DNA from: an uncultured Planctomycetales bacterium | Lineage (GTDB): Bacteria > Omnitrophota > Gorgyraeia > Zapsychrales > Fredricksoniimonadaceae | Direction: 5' to 3' | DNA: 64,000 nucleotides | Assembly: GCA_964583975.1 (NCBI GenBank) | Contig: CAZOXU010000001.1 | Span: 227,552 to 291,551, forward strand | In this document: positions 40,885 to 51,933 of the stretch, in pieces | How the letters are laid out: each line of letters starts with the position of its first letter | Position numbering within the stretch: position 1 is the stretch's first letter | The notes under the pieces: generated by a model | Told to the model about the DNA's origin: nothing | The model's input: only the letters and a program-made list of their open reading frames with translations | The model's database searches: none | Translations under genes and position numbers: made by a program

Positions 40885-41816
40885 TAAATTTGGCTCCTAA
40901 ACCAATCCATGGTTAATACAATTCCTTTTTCTAAGGGAACCTTGGGTTCCCACCCTAATTGAGTGCGTGCCAGGGTGATATCCGGTTTGCGTTGCTGAGG
41001 ATCATCCTTAGGCAAAGGTTCATAAACAATTTTGGATTTAGCTCCCTTAGTTTTTACAACCAAATCAGCAAACTGTTTGATGGTGAACTCTCTGGGATTT
41101 CCAATATTTACAGGACCAGTCAAGTTTGATAATAACAGTTTTGTGATTCCGTTGATTAAATCATCCACATAGCAAAAAGATCTAGTTTGCTTTCCATGTC
41201 CATAAATTGTCAATGGACGGCCATGAAGGATTTGATCGATAAAGTTTGGCACCACTCGTCCATCTTTTAGTCGCATGCGTGGACCATAGGTATTAAATAT
41301 ACGAACAATTTTTACATCTAACTTATATTCTCTTTTATAAGCCAATACCAGAGCTTCTCCAAAACGTTTCGCTTCATCATAGACACTGCGTGGCCCATTA
41401 GGATTCACATTACCCCAATAGGTTTCTTTTTGAGGATGTTGCAGAGGATCACCATAAACTTCGGAAGTTGATGCTTGCAAGAACACCGCCTTCTTTGCTC
41501 GGGCAATTCCTAATGCATTATGTGTCCCATAAGATCCTACCTTCATCGTTTCGATTGGTAACTCTAAATAATCAATAGGTGAGGCTGGTGAAGCAAAATT
41601 TAACACATAATCAATTTTCCCAGGGATATTAATGGGTTTAGAGATATCATGCTTGATGAACTTAAAATTCTTATTCTTAAGTAAATGTTTAATGTTAGCT
41701 GTCGTTCCCGTGATATTGTTATCCAGAGCTATGACTTTATAATTTCTTTGAATAAACCAATCACATAAATGACTGCCTAGGAAACCTGAACCCCCAATAA
41801 CCAATGCTGTTTTCAT
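40884..41816 (-). CDS. UDP-glucuronate decarboxylase (UDP-xylose synthase)-like
   Basis: [22 protein letters not shown] and [11 protein letters not shown] match the UXS/ArnA decarboxylase subfamily. Confidence 0.7.
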   Translation of the reverse strand: MKTALVIGGSGFLGSHLCDWFIQRNYKVIALDNNITGTTANIKHLLKNKNFKFIKHDISKPINIPGKIDYVLNFASPASPIDYLELPIETMKVGSYGTHNALGIARAKKAVFLQASTSEVYGDPLQHPQKETYWGNVNPNGPRSVYDEAKRFGEALVLAYKREYKLDVKIVRIFNTYGPRMRLKDGRVVPNFIDQILHGRPLTIYGHGKQTRSFCYVDDLINGITKLLLSNLTGPVNIGNPREFTIKQFADLVVKTKGAKSKIVYEPLPKDDPQQRKPDITLARTQLGWEPKVPLEKGIVLTMDWFRSQI

Positions 41817-43112
41817 TTATAACCTTTCTATTTTAGAATCTTTTTGTCCTTTATAAACATTGCGGACATCAAAGATGCGTCGGGCATTTTTAAGAATTAA
41901 TGAATAATTGACCTTGGTATGGTCAACAGCAATGACCACACAATCATAAGCCTTAAGTGTTTTAGCATTAATTTCAACAGATTGTAAATCAATACTGCCA
42001 ACCTTTAGAAACGGAGCCATAGGATCATGATAATCTACTTGACCAACATGTTTCAAAAGCTCCACCAACCTGATGGCTGGAGATTTGCGCAAATCCTTAA
42101 CATCTTTCTTATAGGTCACACCCACAACCAATATCTTACTTTTCGAAAGCGGCTTAGATAAAAATGCTTCGAGACGATGAACCACATAACTAGGCATGTG
42201 GCTATTGGTATCAGCCGCTAATTTAATAAACTTAGAATTAAATCCATACCGCTTGGCTTTCCAATATAAATACAGAGGATCTTCAGGGATACAATGCCCA
42301 CCTACCCCTAAGCCCGGATAAAAAGGCATGAAGCCAAAGGGTTTGGTTTTAGCAGCATCAATGACTTCCCAAACATCAATGCCCATCTTATGACAAGCTT
42401 GGGCTATTTCATTGATCCAGCCAATATTCACAATACGAAATGAATTTTCTAACAATTTGGTCATTTCAGCAGCTTTTGCCGAAGAGACCTTATGGATTTG
42501 TTTGATGGCTTTGCCATAAAGCAAGGCAGCTAGCTCTGTACACGTCTCAGTCAAACCTCCTACGACTTTAGGGATATGATTCACATCGAAATGTTTATTG
42601 CCCGGATCAATTCTCTCTGGTGAGAAAGCGACATGAAAATCACGTCCACCCTTAAGTCCACTTTTCTCTAATTCAGGTAAAATCAATTCTTCTGTGGTTC
42701 CTGGATAGGTTGTGCTCTCTAGAATAATCAGCATTCCCGGATGAAGATATCGAGCAATGCTTCGCACTGCTGAAAGCATATAAGAAATGTCGGGCGTGTA
42801 CTTACGCTTAATAGGTGTCGGCACACAAATAATGACTGCATCGGCCTGAGCTAACGCTTCGAAATCTGTAAATACCGACAAACGTCCATTACGGATAAAA
42901 GAGGCAAAATCTTGATCTTTAACATCGGTAATGTAACTTTCACACTTTCTTAATCGCTCAATACGTTTAACGCTTACATCGATGCCAAAAACTTTGAATC
43001 CTTTTTGAGCAAAGCTAATAGCTAAAGGTAAACCTACATAGCCTAGACCTATGACAGCGACATTGGCCTTTTTCGAATTGATCTTATTTTGTAGAATCTT
43101 TGAAGTATTCAT
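41817..43112 (-). CDS. Nucleotide-sugar dehydrogenase (UDP-N-acetyl-hexosamine dehydrogenase-like)
   Basis: VAVIGLGYVGLPLA NAD-binding motif and UDPG/MGDP dehydrogenase family architecture. Confidence 0.75.
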   Translation of the reverse strand: MNTSKILQNKINSKKANVAVIGLGYVGLPLAISFAQKGFKVFGIDVSVKRIERLRKCESYITDVKDQDFASFIRNGRLSVFTDFEALAQADAVIICVPTPIKRKYTPDISYMLSAVRSIARYLHPGMLIILESTTYPGTTEELILPELEKSGLKGGRDFHVAFSPERIDPGNKHFDVNHIPKVVGGLTETCTELAALLYGKAIKQIHKVSSAKAAEMTKLLENSFRIVNIGWINEIAQACHKMGIDVWEVIDAAKTKPFGFMPFYPGLGVGGHCIPEDPLYLYWKAKRYGFNSKFIKLAADTNSHMPSYVVHRLEAFLSKPLSKSKILVVGVTYKKDVKDLRKSPAIRLVELLKHVGQVDYHDPMAPFLKVGSIDLQSVEINAKTLKAYDCVVIAVDHTKVNYSLILKNARRIFDVRNVYKGQKDSKIERL

Positions 43113-43115
43113 AAC

Positions 43116-44438
43116 CTATACCCTTCCTCTTCCTATACCGAAATAATCAAAACCTATACTCTTTAATTTCTGTGCATCCAACATATTTCTACCATCGAAA
43201 ATAACAGGTTGGCGCATAAAATCCCTGACCTGAACAAAATCTAACTCTTTAAATTCTGGCCACTCTGTCAAAATCAAAAGAGCATCCGCATCAGCGGCAA
43301 CAGCATAAGGATCTTCACATAAAGTGATTCCTCTAAGCATACTGGCTGCATTATTCATAGATTTTGGATCATAAGCTTTAATTTTGGCGCCTTCAGCTTT
43401 TAAGGTGGCAATAATTTCAACCGAAGCTGCACTACGCATATCATCGGTATTAGGTTTAAATGCCAATCCCAAAACTCCAATTGTTTTTTCTTTAATATTC
43501 CAAAGATTTTCTTCAATCAAATGAAGAAATGCTTTTCGTTGGTGATCATTAATACGGCGGACTTCTTTCAAAAGCCCGAAGTCGTAACCATTTCTTTCAC
43601 TTAAACGAATAAAAGCATCGACATCTTTTGGAAAGCAACTGCCTCCATAACCAATTCCTGCGTCCAAGAATTGACGTCCAATACGTTTATCTAACCCCAT
43701 GCCTTCAGCTACCTTTAAAACATCGGCTCCTACACGATCACAAATTTGGGCTACAGCGTTAATGAAAGAGATCTTGGTCGCCAAGAACGAATTTGAAGCA
43801 TGTTTAATCATTTCTGAAGAAGCCGTATCGGTCACCAAAATTTTCGCCTTAAGGGGCTTATAAATTTCCCTGAGGATATTTTCAGCTTTCTTACTTTCTA
43901 CCCCAAACACCACACGATCAGGATTCATAAAATCATGGACCGCTGAACCCTCTTTTAAAAATTCAGGATTGGAAGCCACATCAAAATCCAAAAGAACTTT
44001 ATTACCTTTTCTAAATTTCTTAGGGAGATTTAACTGCACTGTTCTTCTAATCTTTTTGCCTGTTTCAGCAGGAACTGTTGATTTTTCTACAATCAACTTA
44101 TACGATTGCATGTTCAAAGCAATTTCGCGAGAAACGTTCTCGATATAGGTTAAATCAGCATCGCCATTAGCTTTAGGGGGAGTTGGTAAAGCCAAGAAAA
44201 TAACATCTGATTTTTGGCAGGCTTCTTTAATCGAACCGCTGAATCTTAATCTCTTTTTTCTAATGCATGCCTTCATGAGATCTTCTAAACCAGGCTCATA
44301 AATAGGCACTTGTGCTTTTTTTAATTTCTTAATCTTTTGGGGATTGTTATCGACACAAATCACATGGTGACCTATATGCGAAAGGCAAACGCCTGTGACT
44401 AAACCCACATAACCTGAACCTATAATTGCAATTTTCAT
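43116..44438 (-). CDS. ugd: UDP-glucose 6-dehydrogenase
   Basis: MKIAIIGSGYVGLVTGVCLS N-terminus and catalytic-Cys region GGSCFPKD. Confidence 0.8.
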   Translation of the reverse strand: MKIAIIGSGYVGLVTGVCLSHIGHHVICVDNNPQKIKKLKKAQVPIYEPGLEDLMKACIRKKRLRFSGSIKEACQKSDVIFLALPTPPKANGDADLTYIENVSREIALNMQSYKLIVEKSTVPAETGKKIRRTVQLNLPKKFRKGNKVLLDFDVASNPEFLKEGSAVHDFMNPDRVVFGVESKKAENILREIYKPLKAKILVTDTASSEMIKHASNSFLATKISFINAVAQICDRVGADVLKVAEGMGLDKRIGRQFLDAGIGYGGSCFPKDVDAFIRLSERNGYDFGLLKEVRRINDHQRKAFLHLIEENLWNIKEKTIGVLGLAFKPNTDDMRSAASVEIIATLKAEGAKIKAYDPKSMNNAASMLRGITLCEDPYAVAADADALLILTEWPEFKELDFVQVRDFMRQPVIFDGRNMLDAQKLKSIGFDYFGIGRGRV

Positions 44439-44442
44439 GACT

Positions 44443-46701
44443 CTATACTCCTGTTGAAGTTTGTGAACTAGCTTTTGGTCGATGGAACGTATCTGAGAAT
44501 AAATTAAGCCCCATATCAGGAAAAGCTTTTAACCTAAAGACCAAGAATAGCCCCTGACCATTTCCTTTTTCTTGATGATACTGCACATCCATTTCCCACT
44601 CATGCAAATCACGTGTAATCAAATAATCAGCTTCCTTTAGTCCTCCGGTATCTAATAAGAACTGGTCAACAATCTTAAACTTCCATTTAGGATTAATAAT
44701 ATATCGAAGTTCGGTTGTTAACTGATCATTTTGTTCTCTGGCATAACGTTTGCCTAAGCCCAACGACCATTTATCGGTTGGATGCAAAAAGGCATCAAAG
44801 TTAGCTTCATCAAAATGTCCTTTATGATTGTCATAGATACTATCCGAAGAGAATGTTAACCAATCATTAGGATTGAATTCCACTTTAGATGTGATGGTGG
44901 CAAAAGCAGGATTCTTGACACTTCGGATTAAAGAATAATCAGACTCGATAATGGCCCTGATTAAATCTACCGATTTATTCTTTCTCTTGGTTTGCAATTT
45001 ATTCTCCAAAGAAAAATGAACATTGTTAACTAAATCTCTTGAATCAATGCTATCAAACTGATTTAAACGGTCATTTCTAATAGTGGGTCGATGTGAATAG
45101 GCGTAGGTGATTGTTGGCGTTATCACATGACGAAGATTATTGATTTCTGTACCCCAAATATTGGCATGATAATTCCAAATACGATAAAAATGAGTCGTCA
45201 TATCAGAGCCTGTCTTAAATTGACCCCTGATTTTGTCTCTATTATTAAGATCATTGGTGCGACTATAATATGTATGTTCCCCGCCAACAAAAGGTCTGAA
45301 TTCAATAATGCCGATCTTTTTAGGATAAGAAATTTCATTATCCACATCCATACGTACTGTTTTCATATGCGGACCAGCATTACCAGGGAAATTTTGGATG
45401 TTAGAAAATGTATCGATGCTTTTTAAATAGAAATTTGAATTACCTATTTCCTGTCCACTGACCGTATATTGAACTTCAGGTAATTTCTCCACACTACGTA
45501 TAGCAGGATTCACGCGGCTGACATCCATCCGATAGGTCACGGTTCCCACAGGTAGATTTCTAGTCAACAAGAAATAATTGGTAACATCAGCCCCTTGGCG
45601 AAATTCTCGTTCAAAATATCTTTTAATAAAGCCCATGTTAGCTAAATCGTGATCATGAACCTTATAGTATTGCCAAATTGCATTGGTATCTCGGTCAATT
45701 TGCCACTGATGACGCCATTGGATACGATATAGTTCATGCCTGATCGTTGGGCCAACCTTAGTCCCATCACTATTTTTTAATTTCCATAAATGTTTGGCAG
45801 CAATTTCTCTTTCATGAGCGTAATACGTCCTCAGAAGGCCTGAACCAAAATTAGGCGTGTGATATTTAACATCCACGCCCTCACCTAATCCTAATCTCTC
45901 ACGAAAATCTCCATGTACGATGACCTTCACGTTATCATTGACCTTCAAGCGCAATTCACTTAAAAGAAATGCTCCGAAATCTTTTTTATATCCAGGAGTA
46001 ACGACAAAAATTGGTTTATCTTTCAGGTTTTGCACATATTTAGCAAAATACATGACAGGCACCTTGCCCAAATATAATTTTACTCCGCGGGCAACAGCTT
46101 TATCTCCCTGATAAACATCCATCTTCTTTGCTGCAAAACGATAATGCGGTTCATCAAAATCGCAGGTCGTCAGATATCCTTTTTCCATGATCATATGATT
46201 TTCGGATACCTTGCTAATACTTTCTCCCTTAATCTGAAAAGGATCATTAAAAACTCTAGCATTATGAAACTCACCGGTGGATTCATTGAAATTGAATTTT
46301 ACACTGTCCGCATCCACTTTCATTTGAGGGCCATCGATAAAGACATGCCCATTGGCCACAGCCTCGCCAATGGCACGTTGCAGCTCTAATTGATCGGCGT
46401 AAAGAATGGTCTTGTCAGAAGTGACAATGACATTACCCTTGGCATTAGCTTGGTTTTTATCTTGGGAAAATTCAACCTGATCAGCTTCAAGTTGAACTTG
46501 TTTGACATCTTTAGGATTAAGACCTATTAAATCTTTTTTCTTGAAGTCTTCTTTAAAATCGCTCTTTTCATCACCCCAGGGATTGGATTCAGCAAAGGAA
46601 GGACGAAGGACAAAAATGAAAATGCCATTGATCAGCAAAATAAAAGAAAAACACAGGTATAATTTATATTTTTTTAGCATTAGAAACCAAGACGTAGGCA
46701 C
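44443..46701 (-). CDS. lptD: LPS-assembly outer-membrane protein LptD (OstA family)
   Basis: Signal peptide, OstA-like N-terminal beta-jellyroll region and a large C-terminal beta-barrel-like domain. 752 aa. Confidence 0.55.
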   Translation of the reverse strand: MPTSWFLMLKKYKLYLCFSFILLINGIFIFVLRPSFAESNPWGDEKSDFKEDFKKKDLIGLNPKDVKQVQLEADQVEFSQDKNQANAKGNVIVTSDKTILYADQLELQRAIGEAVANGHVFIDGPQMKVDADSVKFNFNESTGEFHNARVFNDPFQIKGESISKVSENHMIMEKGYLTTCDFDEPHYRFAAKKMDVYQGDKAVARGVKLYLGKVPVMYFAKYVQNLKDKPIFVVTPGYKKDFGAFLLSELRLKVNDNVKVIVHGDFRERLGLGEGVDVKYHTPNFGSGLLRTYYAHEREIAAKHLWKLKNSDGTKVGPTIRHELYRIQWRHQWQIDRDTNAIWQYYKVHDHDLANMGFIKRYFEREFRQGADVTNYFLLTRNLPVGTVTYRMDVSRVNPAIRSVEKLPEVQYTVSGQEIGNSNFYLKSIDTFSNIQNFPGNAGPHMKTVRMDVDNEISYPKKIGIIEFRPFVGGEHTYYSRTNDLNNRDKIRGQFKTGSDMTTHFYRIWNYHANIWGTEINNLRHVITPTITYAYSHRPTIRNDRLNQFDSIDSRDLVNNVHFSLENKLQTKRKNKSVDLIRAIIESDYSLIRSVKNPAFATITSKVEFNPNDWLTFSSDSIYDNHKGHFDEANFDAFLHPTDKWSLGLGKRYAREQNDQLTTELRYIINPKWKFKIVDQFLLDTGGLKEADYLITRDLHEWEMDVQYHQEKGNGQGLFLVFRLKAFPDMGLNLFSDTFHRPKASSQTSTGV

Positions 46702-47605
46702 CTAGAATACCCGCATCATCACCGAATTTAGCTCTTTTTATTTTAACTACGCCACTTTGTAAACGCATGGCTCTTTTCTTAATTACTGATCTTATGGTTG
46801 GAAATAAATATTTTTCATTATTGGCTATGCCTCCACCAATAACGATCAGCTGAGGGTTAAGCAGATTAATGATGCCCACCAAACCATTGCCAATATGGGT
46901 GGCTGCTTGGCGCCAAAATTCAATTGCTTTTGAATGACCTTGATTGGCCAAGGTAAACATCTGTCGAGTGGTCATTCCAGATTTCTTCATTATTTGACTA
47001 GCTAAAGCATCTAAATATTTATTACCCACATAGGTTTCTAAACAACCAAAACCTCCACAATTACACGGCCGCCCTTTTTCATTTAAAGGCATGTGTCCTA
47101 ATTCCCCGGCTGCATTATCAATGCCACGATAAAGGTGGTCATTTAACACTAATCCACTGCCCACACCTGTTCCAAGCGTCAGACAAACCAAATTCTTAAC
47201 GCCCTTACCTGCACCTAATTTCCATTCGGCTAAGGTAATTAATTTTACATCATTCTCTACATGAACACAGAAGTTTAACTTTTTTTCTAAGATGGCTTTT
47301 ACAGGCACATTTTTCCAACCAGGAATATTAGGCAAGAACCGGACTATGCCCTTGGGGCTATCAATAAGACCAGGAAGCCCTACCCCGACCCCTGCGATAT
47401 CTTTAACTTTTAATCCTTTGGAAGTGTATATGGCTTTGATTTCTTTGGATAAAACTTCGATCAAATGTTTTTTAGAAGAGAGGAAAGGCTTTGTGGAGAA
47501 ATAACTTCGAGCAATAACAAGACCCTGCGGAGACACAAGTCCTAATTTAATATTGGTGCCCCCAACATCTACACCAACAACATGCTTGCCTTTAAGGTAT
47601 TTCAT
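46664..47605 (-). CDS. ROK-family sugar kinase (glucokinase-like)
   Basis: VGVDVGGTNIK ATP-binding motif and ROK Zn motif CNCGGFGCLE. Confidence 0.8.
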   Translation of the reverse strand: MKYLKGKHVVGVDVGGTNIKLGLVSPQGLVIARSYFSTKPFLSSKKHLIEVLSKEIKAIYTSKGLKVKDIAGVGVGLPGLIDSPKGIVRFLPNIPGWKNVPVKAILEKKLNFCVHVENDVKLITLAEWKLGAGKGVKNLVCLTLGTGVGSGLVLNDHLYRGIDNAAGELGHMPLNEKGRPCNCGGFGCLETYVGNKYLDALASQIMKKSGMTTRQMFTLANQGHSKAIEFWRQAATHIGNGLVGIINLLNPQLIVIGGGIANNEKYLFPTIRSVIKKRAMRLQSGVVKIKRAKFGDDAGILGAYVLVSNAKKI

Positions 47606-47709
47606 ATTTTGGGATTTAAACCGAACGAGACCTATAAATAATTAATTCTTTAATATTAGATAATATTGTATCTGAAACGACGTGTGGATTCAAGCGAGAT
47701 GGTAAAAAA

Positions 47710-48732
47710 CTACGACTGACCGTATTGGCCAAAAACGACAATACAATTACGGCCCTGGGTTTTGGCGCGATAAAGAGCCCAATCAGCTTTATCAATAAGC
47801 TCTTCAGCTTCTTTACCACTAGAAGGGTATGTAGAAATACCAATGCTTAATGTAATGCGAACAGAAGTATCATACGCCTTGATTAACCTCTGCTCGGCTC
47901 CTTTACGGATACGTTCCGCAACCAAATAAGCCCCTTCTAAATCAGTTTCTGGTAAAACCACACAGAACTCTTCGCCACCATATCTACCAACAATATCAAT
48001 TTCTCGAATATTTTCTTTAATGATTAGGCTAATCTCCTTTAAAACATAATCCCCTGTCAAATGGCCATACTGATCGTTAACCATCTTAAAATGGTCCACA
48101 TCAATCATTAAAAAGGCCAATTTTATTTTTCTTAAAGCAGCTCTTTTGATTTCCTCTTCAAAACGTTCTTGGAAATATCTTCGCGTGTAAACACTTGTTA
48201 AACTGTCAGTTATAGCTAAACGTTCCACGTCCTGATAAAGCTTGATACGTCTAAGGGCCAAGGCAAATTGATTAGCTAGAATAATAAATTTATCCTTATC
48301 TTTCGGTGAAACTCCCTTATAGATCAAAAATCCTAAGTTTTCTTCCTTACTTTTAAGGTTTAAGACGGAATAGTCGGTCGGAACTATCTTTTCTTGAGAA
48401 CTTTTGCCAAAATCAGCAATTAATTGGCAATCTTCAATGACAATATTGTCTTTTAATTTGGTACGAAAAAGTTCAAAGGCTTCTTGTTCATTCAAATGGC
48501 GACTAATGTCTTTAGTAATCTCATACAAAGTGAATATTTGAGTTGCCTCTTTTTCCAGTTTGGATTTCTCGGCATAGGTTTTATCTTTCTGTTCCATGAT
48601 GCTCTGCAAGGATTGTTTGACCTTTAATACATCTTCATCAGCGTTCTGCTCTAACTGGAACACAAAAATCTTAACCAGATAGAAAATCACAGCTATAAAC
48701 ACAATCATCAGTGCAATTAAGAGGCCAAACAT
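47710..48732 (-). CDS. Membrane-anchored diguanylate cyclase (GGDEF domain, GGEEF)
   Basis: N-terminal TM helix, then RYGGEEF active-site motif. Confidence 0.8.
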   Translation of the reverse strand: MFGLLIALMIVFIAVIFYLVKIFVFQLEQNADEDVLKVKQSLQSIMEQKDKTYAEKSKLEKEATQIFTLYEITKDISRHLNEQEAFELFRTKLKDNIVIEDCQLIADFGKSSQEKIVPTDYSVLNLKSKEENLGFLIYKGVSPKDKDKFIILANQFALALRRIKLYQDVERLAITDSLTSVYTRRYFQERFEEEIKRAALRKIKLAFLMIDVDHFKMVNDQYGHLTGDYVLKEISLIIKENIREIDIVGRYGGEEFCVVLPETDLEGAYLVAERIRKGAEQRLIKAYDTSVRITLSIGISTYPSSGKEAEELIDKADWALYRAKTQGRNCIVVFGQYGQS

Positions 48733-50012
48733 ACGCGGTTTCGTCCTCCTTTTTTAGCGCTGTACAGGGCTTCATCAGCTTTAAGAATTAGTTCTTCTTT
48801 TAAACGGGCATTATCAGGAAATGTGGCTACTCCGATCGAAACAGAAACATTAGTCTTCTGCCGACGCAACATGATTTCATGACCATTGATCTTGGTTCGC
48901 AACTCTTCAGCCAAGGCAGCAGCCTTTGATTTATTAGCGCCTGGCAGAAGAACGCAGAATTCCTCCCCACCGTAGCGACCTACTAAATGACCCGGCTCAT
49001 GAAAATGTTTGGTTAAAATCTCACCAACTGTACGCAAAACGATATCACCAGCAATATGACCAAACGTATCGTTGTACTTTTTAAAATAATCTAAATCAAT
49101 TAAAAGTAAGGATAGCTTATCATTCTTACGCAAGGCCCTGGCCATTTCTTCATCCAAACGGCTTAGTAAAAACCGACGTAAATAAAGCCCGGTCAAACCA
49201 TCCTTGATAGCCAAATCTTCAAGATGCTGATACAGCTGAGCATTTTCAACTGCAATTGAGGTCAGATCAGCAATTGTTCTTAAGAAACGTAGATCATCGG
49301 TCGTAAAATGCTGTGGTAAGGGGCTATCTACACGAAGTATTCCTAAAATCTTCTTTCCTTCCATTAAAGGTGCGCTCATGACCGAGCGAATTTCACGAGA
49401 ATCTTCGGAAGAAACCCGATCCACATCAAAACGAAAATCGTTATTAGCATCTTCCACCAAAAGAGGATGCAAGGTTTTGACCACCCATTGGTCAAAAATA
49501 TCTCCCTTTTTAGCTTTCAGATTAATCTGCATCTGGTCTTTTTTGGAAGAGGAAATTCCTAATTCTCCTACCTTTGATTGGAATAAATACAAAATGACCG
49601 TGATATCTTTATGCCCAAAAAGTTTGTTCACTTCCACGGAAAGCGTATTGGAAGTGTCTTCCAAACTCAGGCACATATTTAATTTCTCGGTCAAGTCTTT
49701 AAGTTGGGAGTAATTAACAATTTTATGGCGTAATGCTTCGATAGCCTGCGCCTCATTGCTGAGTTCGGCTTTAAGCATATTGGCTCTTTCGAAATATTCT
49801 TCTTTTTGGAGGGAAATGAATGCTTGTTTTTTAGATAAACGTTTATTAAAACTGACCAGGACGATGATATTGATGATTAAGGCAGCTGCTAAAAAGAAAA
49901 ACGCCGCTTGATATTTGGCGGCGTAAACAAAAAAGCCCACAAGAGGCAATAAAAAACTAAAGACAACTAATACATACAGCTTAAATAATGGTTTCTTCGG
50001 TTTGGACATCAA
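48717..50012 (-). CDS. GAF-domain diguanylate cyclase (GGEEF) with N-terminal TM helices
   Basis: Two TM helices, GAF-like segment, RYGGEEF motif. Confidence 0.8.
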   Translation of the reverse strand: MMSKPKKPLFKLYVLVVFSFLLPLVGFFVYAAKYQAAFFFLAAALIINIIVLVSFNKRLSKKQAFISLQKEEYFERANMLKAELSNEAQAIEALRHKIVNYSQLKDLTEKLNMCLSLEDTSNTLSVEVNKLFGHKDITVILYLFQSKVGELGISSSKKDQMQINLKAKKGDIFDQWVVKTLHPLLVEDANNDFRFDVDRVSSEDSREIRSVMSAPLMEGKKILGILRVDSPLPQHFTTDDLRFLRTIADLTSIAVENAQLYQHLEDLAIKDGLTGLYLRRFLLSRLDEEMARALRKNDKLSLLLIDLDYFKKYNDTFGHIAGDIVLRTVGEILTKHFHEPGHLVGRYGGEEFCVLLPGANKSKAAALAEELRTKINGHEIMLRRQKTNVSVSIGVATFPDNARLKEELILKADEALYSAKKGGRNRVCLAS

Positions 50013-51087
50013 AGAAATGCACCTTACTCATATCAAATACGAGATCCATCTCACGGTTAACTTCAGGCCTATCATGCGCACCAACACGGGCAATAAAATT
50101 ATGGTTACCAGAATTTAAATATAGATAGACTTCGGAACCCAAAGGTTCAACGACCTCACAAGTAGCCCTTAATGTATTATCTTGCGAAGCTTCTGAAGCA
50201 AATAATTTGTCGTAAATATCTTCAGAACGGATCCCCATAAAGACTTCCTTGCCTTCATACTTAGCAATCTTGAGGAACATATCTTCAATTAGTTTAACTT
50301 GGAATTTACCTTCATCAAAGAAATATTTCCGTTCACGTTTAATGATCTTTCCCTTCAAAATATTAATAGGTGGCGAACCAATAAATGATGCCACAAACTT
50401 ATTAGCAGGATTATCATAAATTGTCATAGGATCAGCACACTGCTGGATATGGCCATCTTTCATGACCACAATGCGATCTCCCATGGTCATAGCTTCGGTC
50501 TGGTCATGGGTTACATAAATAAAGGTAGTTTGTAAGCGTAAACGAAGCTTATGGATTTCCGTACGCATTTGAACGCGCATCTTGGCATCTAAATTACTCA
50601 AAGGTTCATCGAATAAGAACACCGATGGTTTACGCACAATCGCACGCCCCAAAGCCACACGTTGACGTTCGCCTCCAGAAAGCTGACGAGGACGTCTGTC
50701 TAAATACTTTTTAATTCCTAGAATTTCAGCAGCTTCTTGAACACGTTTTTCAATCTCAGGTTTAGGATAGCCTCGTAGCTTTAAACCAAAAGCCATATTT
50801 TCAAAAACACTCATGTGCGGATAGAGCGCATAATTCTGAAAAACCATGGCGATATTACGGTCTTTAGCAGGAACATCGTTGACTAACTTATCGTCAATCC
50901 AAACTTCACCAGAAGAAACTTCTTCTAACCCTGCAATCATGCGAAGAATACTGGATTTACCACATCCGGAAGGGCCAACCAACACCACAAATTCTTTATC
51001 AGCAATCTCCAACCTTACATTGTTGACAGCATCAGGGGCGCCACTTTTATAATTCTTATGAAGATTTTTAAGACGGATGCGAGCCAT
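49981..51087 (-). CDS. ABC transporter ATP-binding protein, MalK/UgpC/MsmX-type sugar importer ATPase
   Basis: Walker A GPSGCGKSS, signature LSGGERQRV and a C-terminal TOBE-like regulatory domain. Confidence 0.85.
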   Translation of the reverse strand: MARIRLKNLHKNYKSGAPDAVNNVRLEIADKEFVVLVGPSGCGKSSILRMIAGLEEVSSGEVWIDDKLVNDVPAKDRNIAMVFQNYALYPHMSVFENMAFGLKLRGYPKPEIEKRVQEAAEILGIKKYLDRRPRQLSGGERQRVALGRAIVRKPSVFLFDEPLSNLDAKMRVQMRTEIHKLRLRLQTTFIYVTHDQTEAMTMGDRIVVMKDGHIQQCADPMTIYDNPANKFVASFIGSPPINILKGKIIKRERKYFFDEGKFQVKLIEDMFLKIAKYEGKEVFMGIRSEDIYDKLFASEASQDNTLRATCEVVEPLGSEVYLYLNSGNHNFIARVGAHDRPEVNREMDLVFDMSKVHFFDVQTEETII

Positions 51088-51089
51088 AT

Positions 51090-51932
51090 CTACCCTTGTG
51101 TGTATTCAATCGTATGTGCAATAATGCTTTTCATATCAAGCCTTTCAACAATCATATCAATCATACCATGTGCTAAAAGGAATTCGGAACGTTGAAACCC
51201 TGAAGGCAATTTCTGACGAATAGTTTGTTCCACAACGCGCGGGCCTGCAAAACCAATCAAAGCTTTTGGTTCAGCCATGATAATGTCCCCAATCCCGGCA
51301 AAGGAAGCCATGATCCCACCCATGGTCGGATTGGTCAAAACAGAAATATAAAGTAGGCCTGCTTTAGCGTGTCGCGCTAAAGCCGCACAAGTCTTGGCCA
51401 TTTGCATCAAGGAAATAGCTCCTTCATACATGCGAGCCCCACCTCCTGAACCTGAAACAATAATAACAGGAAGTTTATTCTCTGTGGCATACTCAACAGC
51501 ACGAGTAATCTTTTCACCCACAACGGATCCCATTGATCCCATAATGAAACGCGAATCAGTGACTGCTAAGACGGCCTTATGTCCTTGGATCTTGCCATAA
51601 CCAGTGATAACGGCATCCACCAAATTGGTCGCCTGCTGGTCAGCTTTAAGTTTTTCTTTATAAGTTTTAGGTCCTTGAAAATCTAATGGGTCCGCAGAAC
51701 ACATATCTTTGTCTAATTCTACAAAGGTGTCTTCATCCATCAAATGCTCAACCCTCTCAGGGGCATTTAACACTAAATGATAGCCACATTTAGGGCATAC
51801 ATTGAAATTGTCTTTGAGTTCTTTGGAATAGGCAGGAGATTCGCAGCCTGGACATTTAGTCCAAACACCTGTGGGAATTTCTTTACGTTTAACTTTGATG
51901 AAGGTGTAGTTTGATTTTCCAAATAAGGACAT
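51090..51932 (-). CDS. accD: Acetyl-CoA carboxylase carboxyltransferase beta subunit
   Basis: N-terminal zinc ribbon CPGC..CPKCGYH and the carboxyltransferase core. Confidence 0.85.
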   Translation of the reverse strand: MSLFGKSNYTFIKVKRKEIPTGVWTKCPGCESPAYSKELKDNFNVCPKCGYHLVLNAPERVEHLMDEDTFVELDKDMCSADPLDFQGPKTYKEKLKADQQATNLVDAVITGYGKIQGHKAVLAVTDSRFIMGSMGSVVGEKITRAVEYATENKLPVIIVSGSGGGARMYEGAISLMQMAKTCAALARHAKAGLLYISVLTNPTMGGIMASFAGIGDIIMAEPKALIGFAGPRVVEQTIRQKLPSGFQRSEFLLAHGMIDMIVERLDMKSIIAHTIEYTQG

Positions 51933-51933
51933 G

